Shown here one piece after another: positions 48,402 to 57,642 of a stretch of DNA of 64,000 bases. A model generated the notes under the pieces. That model searched no databases, was not told where the DNA came from, and was given only the letters and a program-made list of their open reading frames with translations. Within the stretch, counting starts at the first letter, position 1. Each line of letters opens with the position of its first letter. Origin of the DNA: Candidatus Faecousia faecavium. Its GTDB lineage: Bacteria; Bacillota; Clostridia; Oscillospirales; Oscillospiraceae. The position numbers and the translations under genes are program-made. Location: the NCBI GenBank assembly GCA_018712645.1, contig DVGO01000062.1, positions 4,195 through 68,194 of the forward strand. The letters run 5' to 3'.

Positions 48402-48405
48402 ACAT

Positions 48406-48439
48406 TGCCCGGACAACTTATGCTGTCCGGGCATTTTTT
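48406..48439 (+). terminator. Intrinsic terminator
   Basis: TGCCCGGACA...TGTCCGGGCA-TTTTTT. Confidence 0.8.
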
Positions 48440-48460
48440 GCGCATCTCAGGAGATGGGAA

Positions 48461-48562
48461 CATATCCTCGGCGTCGCAGGTCTGCTTCAGATACTGGTAA
48501 CTGATGCGAAGAATCATGTCGGCATACCGGCTGACCAGTCGACTGGCTTGCATCTGATCCAC
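48461..48562 (-). pseudogene. Truncated ECF sigma factor (region 2 N-terminal remnant)
   Basis: GAAGGTG RBS then LVSRYADMILRISYQYLKQTCDAED, typical ECF sigma2 start; similarity stops after about 34 codons. Confidence 0.7.
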
Positions 48563-48708
48563 GATGTATCACCTTCCTTACTGTTTTGAGGCCTCTATCC
48601 CCAATACGACCCGGTTCACCTGGTTCTGACACTTTGATTATAAAAATTTTTCTGTTTTTCCGCAAGGCGCAAAAAGGTCGCCGGCAGTTCCGGCGGCCCT
48701 GGGTTATT

Positions 48709-49467
48709 TCATTTTTTCGCAACAACATACATCGGAACGAACAGCCCGCCCATTGCCAGCGCCATCACCACCAAGAGCATCACGAATTCGCTCCCCTCTG
48801 GAATCAGCATCCCCAACACCAAATTCACCAGCGGCATCACCACCATCACAGCACAGCTCCACACCCGACCAACAGTAACGATGTCAGGCCAGTTCCCGTT
48901 ATGAAAGCGTATCCCCGGCAGGTGCATCCGGAAAAAGCCGTCATAAACCAAGCTCAAGGAATACTTGTCGTATAGCTCCGGCAGCTTTATACGGGCAAAA
49001 AAGCAGAAGTAAGCGCCGAACACCGCTCCCAAACACACCGGCGTGGGTACCACAGCCATGCTCATCCCCATCAGCACATTCCCCCACAGCCCGGCAAGAC
49101 CTGCCAGCAGGCAAATGGGATACCAGAAAAACCAGCGGCTCTTTCTCCGGTAGGCCCGCTCCGGTTTCTCCTGGGGATACTGAATGGCGGTTTTCACCAC
49201 CGCTTCCACGGTGCCGCTGTCCAGCTTCTCATCCTCCTCTTGTCGGCGGCACAGCAGCAGCTCCGTCACCGTCACCCCCAGAATCTCCGCCAGGGGAACC
49301 AGCAGGGCAGTATCCGGGATGCTCACCCCCGTTTCCCACTTGCTCACCGCCTTGTCCGACAAGTGCAGCTGCTGGGCCAGGTCTTTCTGGGTATATCCTT
49401 TTTCTTTCCGCAGCCGGGCTACGAAAGCGCCGAATTGCTGCCGATCCAGTTCATACATGGCATTCAC
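48709..49467 (-). CDS. XRE-family HTH regulator with C-terminal TM domain
   Basis: LRKEKGYTQKDLA..SDKAVSKWETG..PD HTH, four TM segments; start may be 49458. Confidence 0.88.
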   Translation of the reverse strand: MNAMYELDRQQFGAFVARLRKEKGYTQKDLAQQLHLSDKAVSKWETGVSIPDTALLVPLAEILGVTVTELLLCRRQEEDEKLDSGTVEAVVKTAIQYPQEKPERAYRRKSRWFFWYPICLLAGLAGLWGNVLMGMSMAVVPTPVCLGAVFGAYFCFFARIKLPELYDKYSLSLVYDGFFRMHLPGIRFHNGNWPDIVTVGRVWSCAVMVVMPLVNLVLGMLIPEGSEFVMLLVVMALAMGGLFVPMYVVAKK

Positions 49468-49537
49468 CTCTGCCCCAGCATACCAGATTCGCCCTCATTT
49501 GGCAACCGAATGGTATTCGAGTGGGCCATTTGAGCAG

Positions 49538-49579
49538 AAAAATCCCTCTGCTGCCGGTAGAATCCCGGTAGCAGAGGGA
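49538..49579 (-). terminator. Terminator ending ABC operon
   Basis: 15-bp arms TCCCTCTGCTRCCGG with T5 on minus strand. Confidence 0.8.
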
Positions 49580-49587
49580 AAATTTGC

Positions 49588-50418
49588 TTATCCTTTTACT
49601 GCACCAGAGGTCAGGCCCTGGATAAAGTACCGCTGCAGGAATACAAAAATAACCGTAACCGGAATCGCCGCCACAATGGACGCCGCCATCATATAGCCCC
49701 AGTTGGTTGAGGCTTCGCCCAGGAAGGTCATGACCAATCCGGAGGCCAGCGTCCGGCGGGCGGTGTCTGTCACCAAAGTCATGGAGTAGAGCAGATCGTT
49801 CCAACTCCACACAAAGCCATAAATGGCAATGGAAATCATGCCGGGAACCGCCAGGGGGAAGATGATTTGCAGCATGATCCGGAAATTGCCCGCTCCGTCC
49901 AGCTTGGCGCTTTCCATCAGGGAATCGGGAATCTGGTCAAAGTAGCTTTTCAGGGTCCAGGTGCCCACCGGCAGGGTGAACACCACATAGCTGATAATCA
50001 GCGCCCAATAGCTGCCCAGAAGTCCTGCCTTGTTCATCATGGTGTAAATCGCCAGCAGCAAAATGGCCTGAGGGAAAGCCTGACTCATCATGAACATACC
50101 CATGACGAATTTTCTTCCCCGGTAGCGGAATTTGGAAAAGCTGTAACCCGCCAGTGCCGCCACCAGCGTTGCCATGAAGCTGGAGCCGAAGGATACCCAA
50201 AGGCTGTTTTTCAGATAAGTCATAATCTTGGGGTCTGTGACGATGTGGATAATGTTATCCAAAGTCAGCGGCCCGGTGAAGAAATAGCTGCTGAAAGTCA
50301 AATCTGTGGGCTTCAAAGCGGTGTTGATCATCCACAGCAGGGGCAGAAATACAAATCCCCCGATCAGCAGCAGGCTTGCCCAGAAGAAAATCCGGAATGC
50401 CAGCGTTTTTTGAAACAT
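49588..50418 (-). CDS. Carbohydrate (CUT1) ABC permease, MalG-like
   Basis: ESAKLDGA EAA loop, SWNDLL, FLQRYFIQGLTSGAVKG. Confidence 0.93.
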   Translation of the reverse strand: MFQKTLAFRIFFWASLLLIGGFVFLPLLWMINTALKPTDLTFSSYFFTGPLTLDNIIHIVTDPKIMTYLKNSLWVSFGSSFMATLVAALAGYSFSKFRYRGRKFVMGMFMMSQAFPQAILLLAIYTMMNKAGLLGSYWALIISYVVFTLPVGTWTLKSYFDQIPDSLMESAKLDGAGNFRIMLQIIFPLAVPGMISIAIYGFVWSWNDLLYSMTLVTDTARRTLASGLVMTFLGEASTNWGYMMAASIVAAIPVTVIFVFLQRYFIQGLTSGAVKG

Positions 50419-50430
50419 CGTCTTCCCTCC

Positions 50431-51321
50431 TTAGGCGTTTTCGTCGTTGTTCAGCTTCAGATAGACGGCACTGAAGCAGGCCAGTATCACTGCCCAGATG
50501 GTGCCCACGGTAGCCGCCTTGCCCATGTTCCAGTTCTTGAAAGCGGTGGTGTAAACTTCAATGGACAAGGTTGTGGTGGCCCGGGCCGGGCCGCCCTGGG
50601 CCATGGTCCAGGGAAGGTCAAAGTGCTGCAGGTTGCCGATGAGACCCAGCACGAAAATCAGCATGGCCGTCTGCTTCATCCCCGGCAGGATCACCCGAAA
50701 GAAGGTCTGCAGGTTGTTGGCCCCGTCAATGTGTGCTGCCTCCACCTGTTCCAGAGAAACGCTTTGCAGTCCGCCCAGCAGGAAGGCCATATACCAGGGA
50801 AGCATCTGCCAGGTGCGGGCGATGATTACGCACAGCAGCGCCGTATTGGTCTGTCCCAGCCAGGGAATGCCGGTTTCCAGAATCCCCAGGGCCTTGAGCA
50901 CGTTGTTCAGGATGCCGTACTGGCCGTTGAAAATCCAGCTCCACAGAAAGCCAATGGCGGTACCGGGGATAATCCAGTTGACCAGCGTCACACCCCGCAG
51001 AAATTCCGAGCCCCGGAATCCCTGGTTCAGCACCACCGCCCAGAACATGCCCAGCACATACGGAAGCACCGTGGCTCCCAGCACAAACAGCACTGTGGTG
51101 GTCAGGGTTTTGGTAAAGTAGGGGTCCTTGAAAACCTTTTGATAATTTTCAAACTGCACCCACTTGTAATCGGGATAAATCATGGAACGGTCAGTGAAGC
51201 TCATCAGCACCGCATCCACAAACGGATACAGAATAATGGCCGCAAAGATTGCCAATCCCGGCAGAATCAGCAGCACGCCGACCTGCTTGTCAGACAGCCG
51301 TCCGTTTCGAATCGTGTTCAT
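50431..51321 (-). CDS. Carbohydrate (CUT1) ABC permease, MalF-like
   Basis: FENY, EAAHIDGA, GGP motifs; 6 TMs. Confidence 0.93.
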   Translation of the reverse strand: MNTIRNGRLSDKQVGVLLILPGLAIFAAIILYPFVDAVLMSFTDRSMIYPDYKWVQFENYQKVFKDPYFTKTLTTTVLFVLGATVLPYVLGMFWAVVLNQGFRGSEFLRGVTLVNWIIPGTAIGFLWSWIFNGQYGILNNVLKALGILETGIPWLGQTNTALLCVIIARTWQMLPWYMAFLLGGLQSVSLEQVEAAHIDGANNLQTFFRVILPGMKQTAMLIFVLGLIGNLQHFDLPWTMAQGGPARATTTLSIEVYTTAFKNWNMGKAATVGTIWAVILACFSAVYLKLNNDENA

Positions 51322-51458
51322 AGGTTACCTCCCACTTTCTTACCCTCAGTCTACAAAAAGACAGGGGTCTGTCACCCTGTAGACTAAGGGCAATCCATGT
51401 CCTTTGGGGAAGGGGCACGGCACCGGGCCGCGCCCCCATTGTTCTGCGAATGTCAATG

Positions 51459-52781
51459 TTACAGAGCTCCCAGACGGGCAGCCATGTCGGCAACTGCCTG
51501 CTCCGCGGTCTTCTGCCCCAGCAGAGCATACTGCAGTTCCTCGGTAATCACGGTCTTGACCTCGTTGGCGTTGGTCATACGGGCAGTCTCCTCCAGCCGG
51601 GCAGTGGCGGTGGAGTTCATGAAGCCGCTGAGGTAAGCGTCGCTGGTCACTTCTTCCAGTGCAGCAGCTTCCTTGGTAACAGGAGGCATACCGTTGTTGG
51701 TGAAGTAGTCCAGAGCCACTTCGTTGCTCACCAGCACCTTGGCCAGTTCGGCAGCCTGCTCTTTGTACTCAGAGTCCTTGAAGCAAACCAGCATATGGCC
51801 CCACATGGTGGACTGAGGAGCATCGCCTTCCTTCAGCACAGGACGCTCCATGGCGGAGCAAACCTTGACCACGTCTTCCGGAGCCACGCCGTTGTTTACA
51901 GCCTGACCCTTGGCGACCACAGCGTCGTCATAGAAAGCAACCTTGCCCTGAGCAAACAGCTGACGAGCCTCGCCGCGGCCGGTATCCATAGCAATGTAGC
52001 CCTTTTCCATCAGGCCCTGGTACCACTGGACGCACTTGACTGCATTCTCGGAGTTGATGGCAACGGAGCCGTCATCGTTAAAGATGGCTCCGCCGAAGGT
52101 CCACAGCCAGGGCATGAAGTCACCGGCGCAGGTGGCGTCCTTGGTGGAAACGGCGTAGGGGACGATTTCAGGATTGTAAGATTTGATATCTGCCATGCAG
52201 GCTTCAAACTCTTCGATGGTTACCGGCACCTTGTCCCAACCGGCAGCGGCCAGGATTTCGGGGTTGTAAACCATGGTGATGGAGGCCATGGACCAGGGCA
52301 TACCCAGCTGCTGGCCGTCAATGTTGCCCACGTCCAAAGCGGACTGCTCAAAGGTCTGGCTCATGTAGTCAGCGCCTACCACTTCGTTCCAGTCAGCCAG
52401 AACGCCGGCAGCGGCAACGGTGTTGAAGATGCCGATATCCACCTGGGCGATGTCCAGCTGTTCGCCGCCCTGGGTCCGGATCAGCAGCTGCTGGGCGGTG
52501 TCAGCCCAAGTCCAGCCCACCCAGGTCACGTCGTTGCCGGTCTGCTCCCGGTAGGTATCCATCATACGGCCGAAGATTTCCTTGGAGGCCTCTTCTTCTC
52601 CGGACCAGCCGGCCCAGACGATGTTGGCAGGTTCTGCCGCAGCAGCCGTGGTTTCGGCGTTGGCAGCAGGGGCAGCGGTTTCGGGAGCCTGGGTTTCCTG
52701 GGCAGGGGCAGCGCCGCAGGCAGCCAGAGTCAGAACCATAGCCAAAGCCAGAACGATACCCAATGCTTTCTTCAGTTTCAT
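51459..52781 (-). CDS. ABC solute-binding lipoprotein (sugar-type)
   Basis: Lipobox LAA-C, A/E/T/P linker, GMPW, YNPEIL, FAQGKVAF. Confidence 0.92.
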   Translation of the reverse strand: MKLKKALGIVLALAMVLTLAACGAAPAQETQAPETAAPAANAETTAAAAEPANIVWAGWSGEEEASKEIFGRMMDTYREQTGNDVTWVGWTWADTAQQLLIRTQGGEQLDIAQVDIGIFNTVAAAGVLADWNEVVGADYMSQTFEQSALDVGNIDGQQLGMPWSMASITMVYNPEILAAAGWDKVPVTIEEFEACMADIKSYNPEIVPYAVSTKDATCAGDFMPWLWTFGGAIFNDDGSVAINSENAVKCVQWYQGLMEKGYIAMDTGRGEARQLFAQGKVAFYDDAVVAKGQAVNNGVAPEDVVKVCSAMERPVLKEGDAPQSTMWGHMLVCFKDSEYKEQAAELAKVLVSNEVALDYFTNNGMPPVTKEAAALEEVTSDAYLSGFMNSTATARLEETARMTNANEVKTVITEELQYALLGQKTAEQAVADMAARLGAL

Positions 52782-52829
52782 AGTGTTTCCTTTCCTTTCA
52801 TGTTAGTTTCCAATAAAACACGGCTTTTT

Positions 52830-54998
52830 TCAACCGTTGTTTTCCGAATATACGCCGATGTGATACACGGCGGGGGGGCCGCCCCAGGTCTGCTCCACCT
52901 GAAGGCGAATCGCCTGGGCAGACACCGACACATCCAGCACCACCAGCCGCTGGCAGTTGTCCCGGAGGCGTCCGATTTCTTTCCAGGCACCATCCTCTCC
53001 CAGGGCCAGCACTGCAGCATTGCGAATAAGCGCCGGAGGCATGTCGGCGCGGGGGACAAAGTGATGGCTTTCCTGCCAGTACTTGGCCCGGCTGCTGGGA
53101 AGTTCTTCGTTCAGGCTGGGGTCCAGGAACAGCCGGATCCGGCAAATCGAAATCGGCTGCTGCCAGTACAGTTCCAGCCACGGCTCCTGATCCTCCCGGG
53201 CGGCCTTCCACTGATTGGGTGCGTTCCAGGGGCGGTTGGGAAATTCCAGAACCCGTTCCGGTTTGTACAGAGACGTTTCCTCCGGATAGGCCAGCATAGG
53301 CTCCAAATACACCGGGCTGTCTTTGCGCCCGCAGAGGAAGCCTTCCCGCTCCCGTTCTGCACACAAAATGGATACGCCTTCACACGCTTCCAAAGCCAGG
53401 GTGCAGAATCGGTTCCCCCCACCGGCTGGCACCGGCAGAGAAAGTTCATTTCTGCCTGGGATAATCTCCGTCTGCCAGAGGCTCGCTTCCTGCCCCAAAC
53501 TGAACCGGTTGGGCAAGGGACTGATATACCAGGTGCCATGCATGGTGCACGGGCGCTCTGCTTCTACCACCAGCTTGGGCTGTTTTCCTTCCAGTCCCGG
53601 GAACGTCAGGAAGCTGCCTTCCGTAACGGGCATCTTCCCCTGGGGCTTCCCCCAGGTTCCGTCGTGGCTGCTGCTGGCAAACGTCTTGGCCTGGCTGCTC
53701 AGATCCTCGGGATCAGCAATGTCCGCTCCGGGGATGAACATATCGCTGCGCAGCAGCTTTCGCTGAATCTGCTGGATTTGCTCTCGTTCCAGCTGCCCCG
53801 GGTCTTTCCCTGTGCGTATCATGGCACAGGCCAGCTCTCCGGCGGCCTGCCCCGCCAGGGCGCAGGTGTTCATCACCCGGCTGGAAACAAAGGCCTGACG
53901 TTGGGTTCCGATGTTCCGTCCCGCAAAGAGCAGGTTGGGCACCCGGTTCTGATACAGGCATCCCAAGGGAATCTGATAGACATTCACCGGAATCTGGACA
54001 CAGTTTTCTTCCTTGGTGTCGTGCATTCCTCCGGCAGGATGGGTATCCATGTACCATCCGCCATAGAAAGCGCCGTCAGAAAACTGCTTTCCTTCCCGGA
54101 TATCGTCCTCCGTCAATAGATACGCCGTTTCCATCCGGCGGCTTTCCCGTTTGCCGGGGATACTGCCCACCCATTCCAGGGTGTAGTTTTCCGCGTCATA
54201 CAGGCCGCTGTTTTTGATGTAATTCCACACGCCCATCACCAGGCGCTTCAGCTCCAGGGTAATGTCCTGAAGTCGGGCAATGGTATCCAAGCTTCCGCCG
54301 TACTCAAACCACCAGCAGTCGCTGCCGCCCATCTTTTCGTTGACCACCCGCCCGCCGTGGTTAATCAGGCGGGAAATCTGTTCCATGCCGTAGGCATAGT
54401 TGGGGGCTACAAAGGATACCGGATGATCTTCCCGTTTGGTATAAAACAGGATGGAGCAGCCCAGCAGCTCCGGCGTTTGGGGCAGAGGGGTCTGCCTGGA
54501 GGGGATGTACTCCTCTCCCAAATAATAGGGAATCCCTGCCAGATATCCCAGGGTTGCATCCCCTGTGGCATCCAGAAATACATCCGCTTCCACGGCTACA
54601 TGCTGCTCCGTGCCCTGCTGATAGCCTCTGACGGATACCACCCGATTTTCCTCCAGAACAATCTGGGAAATTTCCGTATTCAGCAGCAGCTGCAGCTTAG
54701 GCTCCGCCAGCACCGCGTCCAGCAGCACCTCATCCCAGAAAACCGGATTGCCTTCCCGGTTGCGGTAGAGGTTGGTCAGCTTCAGCTCCCCCCAGATTCC
54801 CATTTCCTCACTGTAGAAATTACCCGCTCCCACAGCACCCCGGGACCAGACCCGGATCTCGCTGCTGGAGTTTCCGCCCAGTACCGGGCGATTGTGTATC
54901 AACACAGTCTGAACGCCGCTTCTCGCAGCCGCCAAAGCACCGCAGACACCGGCAGGACCGCCGCCGACAACCGCAAATTGTGTTTTGATCCGATTCAT
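52830..54998 (-). CDS. FAD-dependent oxidoreductase (FAD_oxidored family) with C-terminal beta-sandwich/discoidin-like domain
   Basis: VVGGGPAG, RPVLGGNSSSE, DATGD, GKRESRR, LLFAGRNI, RVMNTC; C-terminal WKA...PWLEL...IRLF. Confidence 0.88.
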   Translation of the reverse strand: MNRIKTQFAVVGGGPAGVCGALAAARSGVQTVLIHNRPVLGGNSSSEIRVWSRGAVGAGNFYSEEMGIWGELKLTNLYRNREGNPVFWDEVLLDAVLAEPKLQLLLNTEISQIVLEENRVVSVRGYQQGTEQHVAVEADVFLDATGDATLGYLAGIPYYLGEEYIPSRQTPLPQTPELLGCSILFYTKREDHPVSFVAPNYAYGMEQISRLINHGGRVVNEKMGGSDCWWFEYGGSLDTIARLQDITLELKRLVMGVWNYIKNSGLYDAENYTLEWVGSIPGKRESRRMETAYLLTEDDIREGKQFSDGAFYGGWYMDTHPAGGMHDTKEENCVQIPVNVYQIPLGCLYQNRVPNLLFAGRNIGTQRQAFVSSRVMNTCALAGQAAGELACAMIRTGKDPGQLEREQIQQIQRKLLRSDMFIPGADIADPEDLSSQAKTFASSSHDGTWGKPQGKMPVTEGSFLTFPGLEGKQPKLVVEAERPCTMHGTWYISPLPNRFSLGQEASLWQTEIIPGRNELSLPVPAGGGNRFCTLALEACEGVSILCAEREREGFLCGRKDSPVYLEPMLAYPEETSLYKPERVLEFPNRPWNAPNQWKAAREDQEPWLELYWQQPISICRIRLFLDPSLNEELPSSRAKYWQESHHFVPRADMPPALIRNAAVLALGEDGAWKEIGRLRDNCQRLVVLDVSVSAQAIRLQVEQTWGGPPAVYHIGVYSENNG

Positions 54999-55219
54999 GA
55001 CTTCACCTTACTTCCAAAGCATACTTCTTTCAAATCCTGACATTCCATTGTTCAGATATATCCAGATTTTGAAAGCCCATCTCCACAAACTGCCCATCCT
55101 GACCAAAAGATTTTGGCTTTTTTCAGAGTCATTTGTTTTGTTTGTCTATATGATACCAAGTCGCGCAGGTCTGCGCAAGAAATTATCCGGACAGATTCTG
55201 GATTATTCTGCACTGTTCA

Positions 55220-55248
55220 TTGACAGATTTTGCTTCTTGGCGTATACT
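55220..55248 (+). promoter_or_regulatory. Sigma-A promoter of AraC regulator
   Basis: TTGACA-17 bp-TATACT. Confidence 0.75.
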
Positions 55249-55285
55249 GCAAAATAGAGGTATTTTGTCCAAAGGAGGCATTTTC

Positions 55286-56188
55286 ATGGCGGGAAATTAT
55301 CAACACATTGCCCAATATCTTCAGCGGCTGCAAAGCCGGTATGACGTGCAGATCTGCATCAAGGATTTCTGCGGCTTCATTCCCATCAACAAGGAACTGG
55401 ACGAGGCCCTCCGGCCCTTTCTCGCCCATACCAATCCCTACTGCATGTATATGAAGTCCAACCAGGCCCACTGGTGGCAGTGTCTTTCCATGATTCGGGG
55501 AATGTTTGACAAACTGGAGCGGACAAAGCAGACCTACTTTGGGGTCTGTCACGGCGGTCTTGGGGAATATGTGATCCCCATTTACAGTGAGGATTTCCTG
55601 CTGGGCTCGGTCAACGCTGGATTCTTTCCCGTCAGCGCCGGGAAAGTAGAACGCCGCATTTGCCGCAGCTGTTCCAAAGAGCCGGCCTTGGACCCGGAGG
55701 AAGCCAAAAAACTCTACCGCTCCTGTATCCGCACTCCCAGCATTGACCCGGAAGATCTGCTGCCGGGATTGGAACTGGTGGCGGAATACCTGGGACAAAC
55801 CTACCAGATCCTCCAGCGCACCCATGCCGCACCGGAAAACACCGTGCGCTACTATACTTCCAGCGAGGACACCATCCTTTCCCACGCCATGGAATACATC
55901 CGCCGCAACACCACAAACCGGATTGCGGTATCCGACCTGGCAGCCTTCTGCCATTGCAGCGAATCCTACCTCAGCCGGATTTTCAAGCGGCGCACCGGGG
56001 TCAATATCAATGTATATGTCAACAAAGTTCGGGTGGAGCAGGCAAAAAACAGTCTGCTTCTGTCCCAGGACAGCATTGCCGAAATCGCCTCTCGGGTAGG
56101 TTTCAGCGATCCCAACTACTTTTCCCGGGTCTTTACCCAGATCATCGGCATCTCCCCCACAGAATTCCGGCGGCGGTTTCAGCAGTGA
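55286..56188 (+). CDS. AraC family regulator with PocR-like sensor domain
   Basis: HTNPYC...C...CHGGL sensor cysteines; SYLSRIFK and GFSDPNYFSRVF...SPTEFR dual HTH; AAGGAGG RBS. Confidence 0.92.
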   Translation: MAGNYQHIAQYLQRLQSRYDVQICIKDFCGFIPINKELDEALRPFLAHTNPYCMYMKSNQAHWWQCLSMIRGMFDKLERTKQTYFGVCHGGLGEYVIPIYSEDFLLGSVNAGFFPVSAGKVERRICRSCSKEPALDPEEAKKLYRSCIRTPSIDPEDLLPGLELVAEYLGQTYQILQRTHAAPENTVRYYTSSEDTILSHAMEYIRRNTTNRIAVSDLAAFCHCSESYLSRIFKRRTGVNINVYVNKVRVEQAKNSLLLSQDSIAEIASRVGFSDPNYFSRVFTQIIGISPTEFRRRFQQ

Positions 56189-56212
56189 CCGCCGCAGCCT
56201 TCCAAATATTTG

Positions 56213-56262
56213 TTGACATCTCAATATCTTTTGCGTATAATTGGGCAATCTGGCCAATTATA
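56213..56262 (+). promoter_or_regulatory. Consensus sigma-A promoter with overlapping inverted repeat
   Basis: TTGACA-17 bp-TATAAT; TATAATTGG-9 bp-CCAATTATA at 56236-56262. Confidence 0.8.
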
Positions 56263-56394
56263 AATGTGCTACATTATGGATATCCACCAGCGTCCTCCTC
56301 TTTCAAAACCATGTGTTTTGTGATATAGTACAAAGAAGCAAGGAGCGCAGCTGGTTTCTGGCCGGAAATCTCTTTTTTATTTTAAGGAGTTCCC

Positions 56395-57597
56395 ATGAAA
56401 CAGTTGAAAAAAGTCCTGCTTTGGATTGTGTCCATCGTCGCTGCCCTGGCTGTGGTGCTGGGCATCGCAGTATTCGCCCTGTGGCACAACGAAATCGCCA
56501 CTGTGGCAAGTTTCCAGCAGGTTCGTACCAGAAATGACGACCACCTGGACGGCTCCGTATACACCATGGAGGTCAAGGGCGGATTCTATCTGGACGACTT
56601 CATTGCCCAGGGCGGCGCCAAAAGCGACGCAGAACTGATTGACTTCATCACCGGCAAGATCACCAAGGGTCTGCTGGAAATGGAGATCAGCGAAAGTGAA
56701 ATTGCCTGCTCCGCCTTCACCGCCCAGACCCAGGATGGTGACCGGCTCTTCGGCCGCAACTATGACTTTTCCAAAACCAACGCCTGCATCGTCTTTACCG
56801 AGGCTACGGAAGGCCGCCACGCCACCATTTCCACGGTGGACCTGCAGTTTCTGGGCATGGATGTAGACCAGGACGTGGAAGGTCTGATGAACAAAGTTAC
56901 CTGTCTGGCCGCTCCCTACGCTCCTCTGGACGGCGTGAACGACGCCGGCGTCAGCTGCGGCATCTTCATGAGCTACCAGGGCGAGGAAACCATTGTTCCC
57001 ACCGACCTGAATACCGACAAGCCTGACATCACCTCCACCACCTTGCTGCGGCTGATTCTGGACTACGCCGACAACGTGGAAGAAGCCGTGGAAATCGCCT
57101 CTACCTACGACCTGCACGACTCCGCCGCCACCTCCTACCATTATATGGTAGCCGACGCCACCGGCGCCAGCGTGATTCTGGAATGGGTCAACGGCACCGA
57201 CGCCACCGACCTGGATGGTTCTGCCCGGCAGCTGGTGGTAACCTACAACGATGACGATGCCCACATCGGTGAAGCGGAAGGCCAGTCCGACTACCAGTGG
57301 ATTACCAACTTCATCATCCAGCCCGGCTACTACGACGATCCCGCCGACCAGAAGGGCCTGGACCGGTATCAGAAACTCTACGAGCAGCTGAGCCAGACCG
57401 ATGGCATCGTTGCTGACGAGGAAGCCGCCATGGAAATCCTGGCCAGCGTAGGCCGCCGGAACTGGAGCAACGACGACAAGAACACCTGTACCGTCCACAG
57501 CGCGGTTTACAACCTGACGGACAAATCCGTCCTGTGGGTTTCCAATGAAAATTACCAGGACGAAACCGCCATCTTCCGTTTCAGCCTGGAAAAATAA
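56395..57597 (+). CDS. Membrane-anchored/secreted Ntn linear amide C-N hydrolase (choloylglycine hydrolase/AAT superfamily)
   Basis: N-terminal hydrophobic anchor, internal IA-CSAF nucleophile, GRNYDF, DGVNDAG, HYMVADATG, ITNF. Confidence 0.88.
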   Translation: MKQLKKVLLWIVSIVAALAVVLGIAVFALWHNEIATVASFQQVRTRNDDHLDGSVYTMEVKGGFYLDDFIAQGGAKSDAELIDFITGKITKGLLEMEISESEIACSAFTAQTQDGDRLFGRNYDFSKTNACIVFTEATEGRHATISTVDLQFLGMDVDQDVEGLMNKVTCLAAPYAPLDGVNDAGVSCGIFMSYQGEETIVPTDLNTDKPDITSTTLLRLILDYADNVEEAVEIASTYDLHDSAATSYHYMVADATGASVILEWVNGTDATDLDGSARQLVVTYNDDDAHIGEAEGQSDYQWITNFIIQPGYYDDPADQKGLDRYQKLYEQLSQTDGIVADEEAAMEILASVGRRNWSNDDKNTCTVHSAVYNLTDKSVLWVSNENYQDETAIFRFSLEK

Positions 57598-57642
57598 CCC
57601 GGCAGATACCCGGAAATACAAAACAAGAAAGGATTGGTTTGG

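Noticed and set aside
50244-50263. DnaA-box-like pair TGTGGATAA / TTATCCAAA
   Set aside because: Lies inside the permease coding sequence (LDNIIHI codons), only two boxes, no AT-rich unwinding element; likely chance.
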